A stretch of 24,000 bases of DNA from Listeria monocytogenes ATCC 19117 (GCF_000307025.1 NC_018584.1:2861174-2885173), one strand, 5' to 3'; counted from the stretch's first letter, positions 11,085 through 19,384 are shown. A program made the numbers and translations. The notes: a model not told the origin generated them from the sequence alone.

Positions 11085-11588
11085 TGTATTCTCCCCCTCT
11101 TTCCAATTAATAGTTATATTGCATAACCAAATAAACAGGTTAGAATATATCCTTCCCTATGAAACCTCCAAATTTTTACTTTTATAATATTCCAACTATT
11201 CCCAATGTAACACAAAAAAGTAATGTATAACCAAAATGTAATGAACGACTCCATTCTTATCCTAAATAGCTAAAGTTATAGTGTCTTAGTGCATTTTCTA
11301 CACATATCGTGTTACAAAAACTCCATTTTCAGAATAAAAAAGCGCTAGACAGCTCATTATACATGTTTCTATTCAGCCTCAAGCTTGATAGTCACAAAAG
11401 TTTCATATACCAGCTTAACTTAACCACATATATTTGAACTTGTTCACTTAAATGCTGAATTCAAGTAAATATCAGTGTATATTTATTCAATCGTCCACCA
11501 ACACTTTATCTTTCCACCCATTTATACTACAATAAACTTTAACGAAAAAACGGAACCTTCTCCGTTTAAAATAGAAAGGGGTGACTGC

Positions 11589-11660
11589 ATGCTTTTTTAC
11601 GAGCGTATTAAAATCATGGTCCCACCATTTCCCTGTGAAAGATGTTTTTTTCCCAGATAA
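11589..11660 (+). CDS. Candidate 23-codon leader peptide (MLFYERIKIMVPPFPCERCFFPR) upstream of the MFS gene
   Basis: ATG at 11589 is preceded by AAAGGGGTGA with 4-nt spacing. The stop lies 24 nt before the MFS start. The peptide contains a PPFP motif, and its last codons overlap a T7 run (11645-11651). Speculative. Confidence 0.3.
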   Translation: MLFYERIKIMVPPFPCERCFFPR

Positions 11661-11684
11661 ATAACTTATTCAGGAGAGAATTTT

Positions 11685-12875
11685 ATGGAAAAAAACATCG
11701 AAACAAAGAAAATAAATTTAGCATTACTTGTGTGCCTTGTGGGGTTTCCACAAATTAGCGAAACTATTTATACGCCTTCTTTAACGGAGATTGCTACGAG
11801 CTACGGCGTCTCATTAAATTTGGCTCAAATGACTTTAAGCATCTACTTTCTTGCTTTTGCAGTTGGTGTCTTCTTTTGGGGCGTTAGTTCCGATTTTTTA
11901 GGTCGACGAAAAGCAATGAACTTTGGGATATTTATCTATATTCTTGGTTGCTTCGTCTGCCTTTTTTCAAATAATATTACAATGCTTTTTATCGGACGCT
12001 TTGTTCAAGCATTTGGCGCAAGTACGGGTTCTGTTACAACACAGACCATTTTGCGTGACAACTACCACGGTAATGATCGCCACCATTTATTTGCAAAAAT
12101 CTCAGCCGCTTTGGCATTTTCACCGGCAATTGGGCCATTAATTGGTGGATTTATCGGACAATATTACGGCTTTCGCGTGGTTTTTTTATTTTTAGTAGTT
12201 ATGGGAATGATATTGCTGTTCTGGAGTTTAAAACGACTACCAGAAACAAAAACAGCGAACGCCACCCCATTCAGTGTGCAGAAAATGGTAGTAATTGGTA
12301 AAAAAATGATTTTTGACCGCTATACAATTGCTTTTGGAGTGCTAATTGGTATTTTTAATGGAATATTGTTTAGTTACTACTCTGAAGCTCCTACTATTTT
12401 TATTGAGAGGTTTCATTTTAATCAGAGTCAGTATGGCTTCATGGGGTGCGCAGTGGCTACGGCAACTATTTTAGGAGCTTGGCTATCGAACTGGCGCTTA
12501 AAGCAGAATTCACCTCATAAAATCATTAAAGAAGGAATTTTGCTAGCTCTTATTGGCACTCTATTTCTTAGCATGGTTGCCCTATTCCCGCTTACTATCC
12601 AAGTTATATTCTACATCTTCTTCATTTCTATTATCTTAGTAGGAATTGGCATGTCTTTACCAAATTGTTTAAGTCTAGCACTAGTGAAATTTCAAGAAGT
12701 TGCCGGTACAGCTGGCGCCTTTTTAAGCTTAGGATATTATGTAATTGTCAGTCTTTGTACTTTCTTCATTGGCGTTTTGCATTCAGGATCAATACTTGTA
12801 TTTCCCGCATTCTGCCTAGTATTACTTCTAATTGCCTTGCTCTGTATAAAAATAGCTGCTAGAAATAACCCTTAG
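11685..12875 (+). CDS. MFS transporter, Bcr/CflA-type drug efflux family
   Basis: 396 aa with about 12 TM segments. MFS motif A is present between TM2 and TM3 (SDFLGRRKAMNFG). RBS AGGAGAG lies 6-7 nt upstream of the ATG. Confidence 0.88.
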   Translation: MEKNIETKKINLALLVCLVGFPQISETIYTPSLTEIATSYGVSLNLAQMTLSIYFLAFAVGVFFWGVSSDFLGRRKAMNFGIFIYILGCFVCLFSNNITMLFIGRFVQAFGASTGSVTTQTILRDNYHGNDRHHLFAKISAALAFSPAIGPLIGGFIGQYYGFRVVFLFLVVMGMILLFWSLKRLPETKTANATPFSVQKMVVIGKKMIFDRYTIAFGVLIGIFNGILFSYYSEAPTIFIERFHFNQSQYGFMGCAVATATILGAWLSNWRLKQNSPHKIIKEGILLALIGTLFLSMVALFPLTIQVIFYIFFISIILVGIGMSLPNCLSLALVKFQEVAGTAGAFLSLGYYVIVSLCTFFIGVLHSGSILVFPAFCLVLLLIALLCIKIAARNNP

Positions 12876-12876
12876 C

Positions 12877-12923
12877 AAAAAACTGGCACCGTTTCTATCT
12901 TGAAACGGTGCCAGTTTTATTTT
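12877..12923 (+). terminator. Rho-independent terminator of the MFS gene
   Basis: Stem AAAACTGGCACCGTTTC / GAAACGGTGCCAGTTTT (about 12879-12918) is followed by TTTTATTTT. Confidence 0.88.
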
Positions 12924-12964
12924 AAATGTTATCACAATATAAAATACTATTTATTTCCCGGGGA

Positions 12965-13001
12965 ATAAAAAAAGTATTAAACCTCTAAAAGTCTAATACT
13001 T
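12965..13001 (-). terminator. Possible terminator of the 172-aa membrane protein gene
   Basis: On the minus strand, AAGTATTA (13001-12994) and TAATACTT (12979-12972) form an 8-bp, AT-only stem with a 14-nt loop, followed by TTTTTTTATT. This is a weak stem. Confidence 0.4.
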
Positions 13002-13007
13002 CTCTGA

Positions 13008-13517
13008 TTATGCTAATTGTTCGTTCATACTTTCCATTTGAGCAAGGAAGGCTTTTTGCCATTTCTTCTCATTTAGGAATTCAACGGGAAACTGAGGGTC
13101 AATTGTGGTTAAGATTTTAGCCCATGCGTCTGTACGTAATGAAGATGCTTGGCGAATCGCTATTACAAACATTATTATTGTTCCGGCAATTAAAAATAAA
13201 GTTAAAATAATACCTACAATGATTGTAGCTGTGATATTTCGGTTTATTCCAAAAAAGTACGTTAGATAACCTAAAATAAATGCGATTACAAAAAAACTAC
13301 CAATAAAAATAAAGGTTTTCTTACGGCTACCTCTATAAGTAGAAATACCTAGCGCTACTTCCAGCAATGCCATTTGACGAACCGGATTATTCTTCTTTGC
13401 AACTTGAATACCATATTTATCAATTAGTAAATGAGCTGCTTTTCTTTCTTCTTTGTTATTCTTTGGCATAATTACTAGAAGAATAACAAAAAATGCTATA
13501 ACCATTAACTGTATCAA
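13008..13517 (-). CDS. Hypothetical membrane protein (about 170 aa, 3-4 TM)
   Basis: Hydrophobic segments are LMVIAFFVILLVI, FIFIGSFFVIAFILGYLTYFF and IIVGIILTLFLIAGTIIMFVIAI, with a charged C-terminal tail. I recognise no family. The start is ambiguous: GTG 13526 (track), TTG 13517 (8 nt after AGGAG, preferred) or ATG 13505. Confidence 0.65.
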   Translation of the reverse strand: MIQLMVIAFFVILLVIMPKNNKEERKAAHLLIDKYGIQVAKKNNPVRQMALLEVALGISTYRGSRKKTFIFIGSFFVIAFILGYLTYFFGINRNITATIIVGIILTLFLIAGTIIMFVIAIRQASSLRTDAWAKILTTIDPQFPVEFLNEKKWQKAFLAQMESMNEQLA

Positions 13518-13549
13518 AAAAAACACTCCTATAATAAAATTTATAGTTA

Positions 13550-13577
13550 ATTATAGCATCATTCCGCTCTCTGCAAA
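13550..13577 (-). promoter_or_regulatory. Candidate promoter of the 172-aa membrane protein gene
   Basis: On the minus strand: TTTGCA / TTGCAG (13577-13571), a 15-16-nt spacer, then TATAAT (13555-13550). Confidence 0.4.
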
Positions 13578-13658
13578 TTGTATATTTTGTGAATTAATTA
13601 GTGCAAATAAATTAAACATTCCCTTATATATATTGACAAAATCGCTTAATTGATTGTT

Positions 13659-13674
13659 TGTTTCACGTGAAACA
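13659..13674. other. parS site (perfect 16-bp palindrome TGTTTCACGTGAAACA)
   Basis: Perfect palindrome in the non-coding region between the membrane-protein gene and ychF. Confidence 0.8.
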
Positions 13675-13780
13675 TATTTATTATTATTTTCACTTTCTAT
13701 ATTAAAAGTATAAATCTGTTCAAAAATTAGCTTAATACTCTTTTGAAGTATATCAGTAACGCAGAATTTATGAACTAACC

Positions 13781-13824
13781 TAAAAAACAATCTTTTGACA
13801 TACTTACTTGTCAAAAGATTGTTT
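13781..13824 (-). terminator. Rho-independent terminator of ychF
   Basis: Perfect 16-bp stem AAACAATCTTTTGACA (13785-13800) / TGTCAAAAGATTGTTT (13809-13824) with an 8-nt loop. On the minus strand the stem runs into GTTTTTTAGG. Confidence 0.8.
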
Positions 13825-13835
13825 CACGTGAAACA
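13820..13835. other. parS site (perfect 16-bp palindrome TGTTTCACGTGAAACA)
   Basis: Lies 2 nt downstream of the ychF stop codon. Its first 5 nt are part of the ychF terminator stem. Confidence 0.8.
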
Positions 13836-13837
13836 TA

Positions 13838-14938
13838 TTAAACGTTAAAGCGGAAATGAACAACATCTCCATCTTTCATTTCGTATTCTTTACCTTCCAA
13901 GCGTACTTTTCCCGCTTCTTTGGCTGCTTGCTCTGAGCCGTATTCAAGTAAAGCGTCATATGCAACAACTTCAGCGCGAATGAATCCACGTTCGAAATCA
14001 GTATGAATGATTCCGGCACATTGTGGAGCTTTCATACCTTTGATGAAGGTCCAAGCGCGAACTTCTTGAACGCCTGCTGTGAAGTAAGTCGCTAAGCCAA
14101 GCAATGTATACGCAGAACGAATCAATTGGTCTAAACCAGATTCTTCAATTCCAAGCGCTTCTAAAAACTCTAGCTTATCTTCGTCTTCAAGTTCAGCAAT
14201 TTCTTCCTCAGCGCGAGCACATACTACGATAACTTCAGAGTTCTCGCTCGCAGCGAATTCGCGTACTTGCTGTACATATTTGTTATCGTCCGGACTAGAA
14301 ACATCTTCTTCACTTACATTTGCTACATATAAAACTGGTTTTCTTGTAAGTAAGAAAAGGTTGCGAACGATTTTCTCTTCTTCTTCGTTAAATTCAATCG
14401 CACGAGCTGGTTTGTCATTTTCGAAAGCCTCACGTAGTTTAACTAAAACGTTATATTCAGCCACAGCATCTTTATCTTTTTGTTTAGATAGCTTCTCAAC
14501 GCGTCCAATGCGCTTCTCTACTGTTTCTAAGTCCGCTAAGATAAGTTCTAAGTTGATTGTAGAAATATCGTCTAGCGGGTCTACTCGGCCTTCTACGTGG
14601 GTGATATTTTCGTCATCAAAACAACGAGTTACATGGCATATTGCATCCACTTGACGAATATGGGATAAGAATTTGTTTCCAAGTCCTTCCCCTTTACTAG
14701 CACCTTTTACAATTCCGGCGATATCTGTAAATTCAAAAGTTGTTGGAACGGTCTTTTTCGGTTTTACAAGTTCCGTTAGTTTGTTTAATCTGTGGTCAGG
14801 AACTTCAACAATTCCTACGTTCGGGTCAATCGTCGCAAACGGATAATTCGCAGCCTCTGCTCCTGCTTTTGTGATTGCATTAAAAAGTGTCGATTTCCCA
14901 ACATTAGGAAGCCCGACAATACCAGCTGTAAGTGCCAT
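13838..14938 (-). CDS. ychF: Redox-regulated ATPase / GTP-binding protein YchF
   Basis: P-loop GIVGLPNVGKSTLFNA, G-domain motifs, and a C-terminal TGS-like domain ending DGDVVHFRFNV. The preferred start is MALTAGIVG (ATG 14938) with RBS AAAGGAG 8 nt upstream. The track ORF adds 16 unlikely N-terminal codons. Confidence 0.95.
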   Translation of the reverse strand: MALTAGIVGLPNVGKSTLFNAITKAGAEAANYPFATIDPNVGIVEVPDHRLNKLTELVKPKKTVPTTFEFTDIAGIVKGASKGEGLGNKFLSHIRQVDAICHVTRCFDDENITHVEGRVDPLDDISTINLELILADLETVEKRIGRVEKLSKQKDKDAVAEYNVLVKLREAFENDKPARAIEFNEEEEKIVRNLFLLTRKPVLYVANVSEEDVSSPDDNKYVQQVREFAASENSEVIVVCARAEEEIAELEDEDKLEFLEALGIEESGLDQLIRSAYTLLGLATYFTAGVQEVRAWTFIKGMKAPQCAGIIHTDFERGFIRAEVVAYDALLEYGSEQAAKEAGKVRLEGKEYEMKDGDVVHFRFNV

Positions 14939-15040
14939 TATATATAAACTCCTTTTCATTAACTTCATTTTGAAAATGCCTGTCAAATAGACATTTTTTC
15001 ACTAACGTATATTATAAAGGTTTTTCAAACAAAAAGCCAC

Positions 15041-15087
15041 CCACCAAAAAACGAAAACCCTTTAATCAGTAAAGGATTTTCGTTTTA
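15041..15087 (-). terminator. Rho-independent terminator of the cellobiose-type PTS/GH3 operon
   Basis: On the minus strand: AAAACGAAAATCCTTTA, loop, TAAAGGGTTTTCGTTTT, followed by TTGGTGGG. The ~17-bp stem has one G-U pair and a T-run, and starts 1-2 nt after the IIA stop. Confidence 0.85.
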
Positions 15088-15088
15088 A

Positions 15089-15397
15089 TTACTTCATCTC
15101 TTTCCAAATAGCAATCATCTCATAAGCTACATCGCGTAATGTATAAGTTGTCATAAATTGATCTTCCGCGTGCATGAAGAGGATAGAAATTTGTACGTCT
15201 CCGCCATCTGCCTCTTTTTGAATTAGTTGCACATGATTTTTATGACCTTCGCTAAGAAATTCATTAGCCTCGTCAATTTTTTTATATGCTTCTGTGAATT
15301 TTCTTTGTCTTCCGAATTTCATCGCCTCAATAATGCAACTTCTTGCGGCGCCAACAGAACTAATTATTTGAAATGATGCGAGTTCCATTCCTTCCAT
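15089..15397 (-). CDS. PTS lactose/cellobiose-family EIIA component
   Basis: 102 aa, helical. The conserved His context is FMHAEDQFM. RBS GGAGG lies 9 nt upstream, within the last codons of the GH3 gene. Confidence 0.9.
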   Translation of the reverse strand: MEGMELASFQIISSVGAARSCIIEAMKFGRQRKFTEAYKKIDEANEFLSEGHKNHVQLIQKEADGGDVQISILFMHAEDQFMTTYTLRDVAYEMIAIWKEMK

Positions 15398-15402
15398 TTT
15401 CG

Positions 15403-17673
15403 CTAGCCTCCTATGATTGAAACTCGCCCTGTTAATTTAGTATCAGAACTTCCACCAACGAAAATTTCTATACCACCGGGCTCCACCTCATATTTATTGT
15501 TAATTGACCATATTTCAAAACTTGATTTATCTAGCTTAAATGTCACTGTAGCTGTTTGTTTCGCTGCAATACGAACCTTTTTAAATGCTTTTAATTCTTT
15601 TTTTCTTCTAGTAATACTTGCTTCCATATCATGAAGATAAAGTTGCACAACTTCTTCACCGGCTACATTAGAGGTGTTTTTTAAAGTTACTTTCACTTCT
15701 ACAGATTGCCCGCCAAGGAGTTCTGCTATTTTTATAGATTCTTGTTTTATCTGTAAATCTTGATATTCAAAAGTGCTATAACTTAAACCATAACCAAATG
15801 GATAGAGCGGCTTACCAGTTAAATCAAAGTAGTCTTCTTTATACTCCACTGCCTTTTGATTGTAGTAAATAGGAATCTGCCCGGAGGATCTTGGTATGCT
15901 GACTGGTAATTTACCTGAAGGATTGTAATGACCGAAAAGAACCTCAGCAATCGCCGTTCCACCAACACTTCCTGGATACCAAGCTGTGAGAATCGCATCC
16001 GCTGTCGAACTAATTTCTGGGATAGCGATTGGTCTACCTTGAATCATTACGACAATTACAGGCTTTCCAGTACGCTTCATTGCGTAAAACAAATCTAATT
16101 GCGGTTGTGGAAGCGTGATATCAGCAACATCCACATTTTCACCGGCATCCATGTTCGGGCCCTTAGAGCTTACCGCGCCATTATTTAAAAATTCCATGTC
16201 AAAATTCCGCGCACTTGAACCACCGAGCACCATAACAATGGCGTCTGCCTCTTTAGCAACCACTTCTGCTCTTTGAATGCCATCCGGAAGCTCTTCACGA
16301 ATTTCAGTACCTTTTTCAGAAACGACTTCCCAATTTTTAGGAAGCAGTTTTTTTATCCCTTCTAACACAGTGACACATTCTGATTCATTTTGCGGAGCTG
16401 TATAATCTCCCAACTGATTATAAAGCGCATCTATGCTAGGACCAACAACAGCTATTTTTTTCCGTTCGCCTACTAGAGGTAATGTTTCGAAGTCGTTTTT
16501 CAAAAGACAAATACCCTCTCTAGCGGCTTGTAAATTTAGTTGTTTCCAATCAGACTTCGGTGCTTGAATTTCTTCTTCTACAAACGGTTGTTCAAATAGC
16601 CCTAATTGGAATTTCACTTGAAGCACTCGCCTCACAGCATCATCAACGACCTTTTCATCAAGGATGCCTTTTTCCACGCTTTCTTCAAGAAATGGAAACA
16701 CTTCATCCCACAAACTCAAATCCACACCGGCTTCAAGAGCCATTTTTGCGGCTTTTTTTGGATCAGGATTTAGTTTTAATAATCTATCAAGGGCACACCC
16801 ATCTGCCATAACAATCCCGGAGAATCCCATTTCTTCTCGCAAAATAGTTGTTAAAAGCTCTTTGTTCGCGTGGCATGGCACCCCGTCAATCTCGTTGTAA
16901 GCTGCCATGACGCCAAGAGCACCACTTCTAATTCCCGCGCGCATTGGTTCCAAGAAAATTTCTCTAAGTTCCCTTACGCCAATAGAAACTGGTCCAGAAT
17001 TATGCCCGCCAATCGGCTCGCCTTGTGCCGCAAAATGTTTTAAAATAACAGCAATCTTCCCACTCGCTTGAAAGCCTTCTGTAATTGCCGCTGTTAATTC
17101 CGCTGCAAGGTATGGATCTTCACCGTAACACTCTTCAGCGCGTCCCCAACGTGGGTCTCGAAGTATGTCTAATGCTGAAGCAAGTGCTAGATGAACTCCC
17201 TTTTCGGAAATTTCTTCTGTAATCGCACTTGCGACCTGTTTTTGCAACTCTGGATTAAAAGAAGCAGCACGAGCTAAATTTACCGGATAAGATTCGCTAT
17301 CTAACGCTTGGTGACCGTGCGGAACTTCCTCAGCTAATAGTACAGGAATCCCTAGGCGCGTATTTTCTATCACATAGCGTTGAATTTTATTAGCTACTTT
17401 GCCAGCATTTTTCCGACTTACACCCGTGTCCTTATTCATTTTGGACCATGGATCAGCGCGGAACAGACCGTATAAAGCGCCTATACCTTCAAATCTAGTT
17501 ACTTCCTCTTTAAATTTTTCCGTGATATGAAACGTTTCGCCATCTCTTGAAAAAGCTTCCCAGCCATACATTCTTTGGTTTAGTTGACCACATTTTTCTG
17601 CTAAGGTCATCTTGGAAAGTAAGTCTTCTACACGTTCTGAAACTGGTTTCTCCTTATCCAAATAAACAGCCAT
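15403..17673 (-). CDS. Glycoside hydrolase family 3 beta-glucosidase (BglX-like), cytoplasmic
   Basis: 756 aa with no signal peptide. GH3 landmarks are present: KHFAAQGEPIGGHNSG and GFSGIVMADG (nucleophile Asp region). There is a C-terminal fibronectin-III-like domain. RBS AAGGAGGAGAA precedes the ATG. Confidence 0.9.
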   Translation of the reverse strand: MAVYLDKEKPVSERVEDLLSKMTLAEKCGQLNQRMYGWEAFSRDGETFHITEKFKEEVTRFEGIGALYGLFRADPWSKMNKDTGVSRKNAGKVANKIQRYVIENTRLGIPVLLAEEVPHGHQALDSESYPVNLARAASFNPELQKQVASAITEEISEKGVHLALASALDILRDPRWGRAEECYGEDPYLAAELTAAITEGFQASGKIAVILKHFAAQGEPIGGHNSGPVSIGVRELREIFLEPMRAGIRSGALGVMAAYNEIDGVPCHANKELLTTILREEMGFSGIVMADGCALDRLLKLNPDPKKAAKMALEAGVDLSLWDEVFPFLEESVEKGILDEKVVDDAVRRVLQVKFQLGLFEQPFVEEEIQAPKSDWKQLNLQAAREGICLLKNDFETLPLVGERKKIAVVGPSIDALYNQLGDYTAPQNESECVTVLEGIKKLLPKNWEVVSEKGTEIREELPDGIQRAEVVAKEADAIVMVLGGSSARNFDMEFLNNGAVSSKGPNMDAGENVDVADITLPQPQLDLFYAMKRTGKPVIVVMIQGRPIAIPEISSTADAILTAWYPGSVGGTAIAEVLFGHYNPSGKLPVSIPRSSGQIPIYYNQKAVEYKEDYFDLTGKPLYPFGYGLSYSTFEYQDLQIKQESIKIAELLGGQSVEVKVTLKNTSNVAGEEVVQLYLHDMEASITRRKKELKAFKKVRIAAKQTATVTFKLDKSSFEIWSINNKYEVEPGGIEIFVGGSSDTKLTGRVSIIGG

Positions 17674-17707
17674 ATTCTTTCTCCTCCTTGCTAAAAAACT
17701 AAGAATG

Positions 17708-18007
17708 TCACAATAAACTAATTGCTAAATCTAATACTTTTTCACCATTCATTCGACCATAATCAACGATATCAATAACTGCCACCGATACATTATCACC
17801 AACTGTTTCTATAACCTTATCTTTCATATAATTCACTTGCGGTCCAAGTAAAATCGCATCAGCTTTACGCCAATTTTTTTCGAAATCCGTTTCTGAAATA
17901 GCCCAGATAGTCAGTTCTAAATTACGTTCTTCTACAACGCGTTCCATTTTCCTCACTAAAACGCTTGTAGACATTCCCGCATTACACATCAACATAATAT
18001 TTTTCAT
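17708..18007 (-). CDS. PTS lactose/cellobiose-family EIIB component
   Basis: 99 aa with the active-site Cys motif MLMCNAGMSTS. RBS GGAGGG precedes the ATG. Confidence 0.92.
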   Translation of the reverse strand: MKNIMLMCNAGMSTSVLVRKMERVVEERNLELTIWAISETDFEKNWRKADAILLGPQVNYMKDKVIETVGDNVSVAVIDIVDYGRMNGEKVLDLAISLL

Positions 18008-18021
18008 AAAAATCCCTCCAA

Positions 18022-19317
18022 TTAGGCTTTAATTCTGTCATTGGCTTTTAAGAATGGTAGGTAAAGAAGTACGCAGACGCCAATCAAGAAAATTTGGAAT
18101 ACTGCAGCACGCCAGTCCCCACCTGTTGCAAGGAAGCCGGAAGCAACAACTGGTGTCGTCCACGGAACCATTACGACTACTTCTGAAATCATATGCAGCT
18201 TTGTCGCGAAGTAGGCTAAACATAAGCAAAGCGGTGTTGAAATAATGAACGGAATCATCAAACTCAAGTTATAAACAATCGGAAGGCCAAATACTACCGG
18301 TTCATTGATATTAAATAGACCAGGAGCTGCCGATAAAGTAGCTATTTCGCGATAATCTTTTCGTTTTGACCAAATAAAAATTGCTATTAACAGCGCAATA
18401 GTATTTCCGCCGCCGCCCATAACGCCAAAAACATCACGGAAAGTAGTATTAATAATATGCGGAATCTCTGTGTGATTCGCAAATGCTGTCATATTTTCTT
18501 GCATATTTGCCAAAAGAACTGGGTCCATAATCGGCCCTAAAATCCCACTTCCAGCAATACCGATAGAATAAAGCATTTGTGAAATCGTCATTAACGTTAG
18601 GAACCCTGGAACACTTGTAACTAAGAATGTTAATGGTTCTTGAATAATTGCGCTAATTAAAGAATACAAATTCAAGCTGAATAATGTCACTACTAAGAAT
18701 GAAATAAACGCAAAAATAAGTATTGTTAACATTGTCGGAATAAGCACATTGAATGATTTAATTACGGCTGGAGGTACGCTATCCCCAGAAATATGGATTT
18801 TCATTTTCTCACTCTTAGAAAGACGAATGAATACTTCTGTTGCAAGAAGCGCCGTTACAATCCCAACGAACATGCCCGCCGAACCCATCAAGGCTATTGG
18901 TAATACTCCAGCAACTTCCACAGATTTCTCTGCACCAATCGGCACAATTTCTGTTACAGCTGGGATAAAAATAACAATCAGTGCAATGGTCATTAACGCT
19001 GGTGCAAACGGATTTTCAAACTTCCGGTTTTGCGCTAAAAAGTAAGCAACTGAAGCTCCAATCAAAATAGTAATAATTCCTAAAGTCCCGTTCACAATAC
19101 TGTTACCTAGCCCCTGCCAAGTCGTAAGTGTTTCGGAACTGATGATCGCCGACATAAAACCATCCGGCTTAATAATCACGTTATTAATTAAAACCATGAA
19201 TCCTGCTAACATAATAAAAGGTAAAATAGTAGCAAATGCATCACGCATAGACTTTAAATGAATTTGATTTCCAAGCTTCTGCGATAACCAACTTAATTTC
19301 TCGATGAACTTTTTCAA
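18022..19317 (-). CDS. PTS lactose/cellobiose-family EIIC permease
   Basis: 431 aa with about 10 TM segments and typical EIIC-cel architecture. RBS AAAGGAGG precedes the ATG. Confidence 0.92.
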   Translation of the reverse strand: MKKFIEKLSWLSQKLGNQIHLKSMRDAFATILPFIMLAGFMVLINNVIIKPDGFMSAIISSETLTTWQGLGNSIVNGTLGIITILIGASVAYFLAQNRKFENPFAPALMTIALIVIFIPAVTEIVPIGAEKSVEVAGVLPIALMGSAGMFVGIVTALLATEVFIRLSKSEKMKIHISGDSVPPAVIKSFNVLIPTMLTILIFAFISFLVVTLFSLNLYSLISAIIQEPLTFLVTSVPGFLTLMTISQMLYSIGIAGSGILGPIMDPVLLANMQENMTAFANHTEIPHIINTTFRDVFGVMGGGGNTIALLIAIFIWSKRKDYREIATLSAAPGLFNINEPVVFGLPIVYNLSLMIPFIISTPLCLCLAYFATKLHMISEVVVMVPWTTPVVASGFLATGGDWRAAVFQIFLIGVCVLLYLPFLKANDRIKA

Positions 19318-19347
19318 TTTTTTATACCTCCTTTGATATTACAATAA

Positions 19348-19361
19348 GTGTAGCGCTTTCT
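19348..19361. promoter_or_regulatory. Candidate catabolite-responsive element (cre) in the PTS operon promoter region
   Basis: The minus strand reads AGAAAGCGCTACAC, against the cre consensus TGWAANCGNTNWCA. The central AAGCGCT core is intact but the flanks are imperfect. Confidence 0.35.
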
Positions 19362-19384
19362 TTTTGTTAAATAAATCTAGTCTT

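Noticed and set aside
11204-11241. Three AATGTA(A/T) repeats upstream of the bacteriocin gene, considered as response-regulator binding repeats.
   Set aside because: The spacing is irregular (18 and 13 nt), the motif is a short AT-rich hexamer expected by chance, and no cognate regulator gene is nearby.
11114-11254. 46-codon minus-strand ORF (MESFITFWLYITFLCYIGNSWNIIKVKIWRFHREGYILTCLFGYAI) immediately upstream of the bacteriocin gene. It is hydrophobic and could be imagined as an immunity or second peptide.
   Set aside because: It has only a weak RBS (TAGGAT). It is rich in rare codons (AGG, ATA, GGG, CTA), and a 46-codon open frame in an intergenic region like this could arise by chance. 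I have no conservation evidence. It is only worth a tBLASTn check.
11475-11660. 61-aa track ORF in the bacteriocin/MFS intergenic region.
   Set aside because: The upstream start has no RBS, and the first ~38 codons run through promoter-like AT-rich sequence. Only the last 23 codons (from ATG 11589, with an RBS) are retained, as a speculative leader peptide.
13453-13653. 66-aa plus-strand track ORF overlapping the start of the membrane-protein gene.
   Set aside because: It is antisense to a better-supported gene and to that gene's promoter, has no RBS and has AT-rich composition.
13551-13814. 87-aa track ORF lying between the two perfect parS sites.
   Set aside because: It starts at a TTG inside the ychF terminator stem, has no RBS and has low-complexity AT-driven composition. 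Its VSRET stretch is simply the parS palindrome read in frame.
14280-14654. 124-aa Ser-rich plus-strand ORF.
   Set aside because: It is antisense to ychF. Its Ser/Leu-rich composition is the typical shadow of a Glu/Lys-rich gene on the opposite strand.
14939-15040. Attempted promoter call for ychF, using TTGACA at 14986-14981 and TATAAT near 15013-15018 on the minus strand.
   Set aside because: Neither element has a properly spaced partner. The TTGACA option would leave almost no leader before the RBS.
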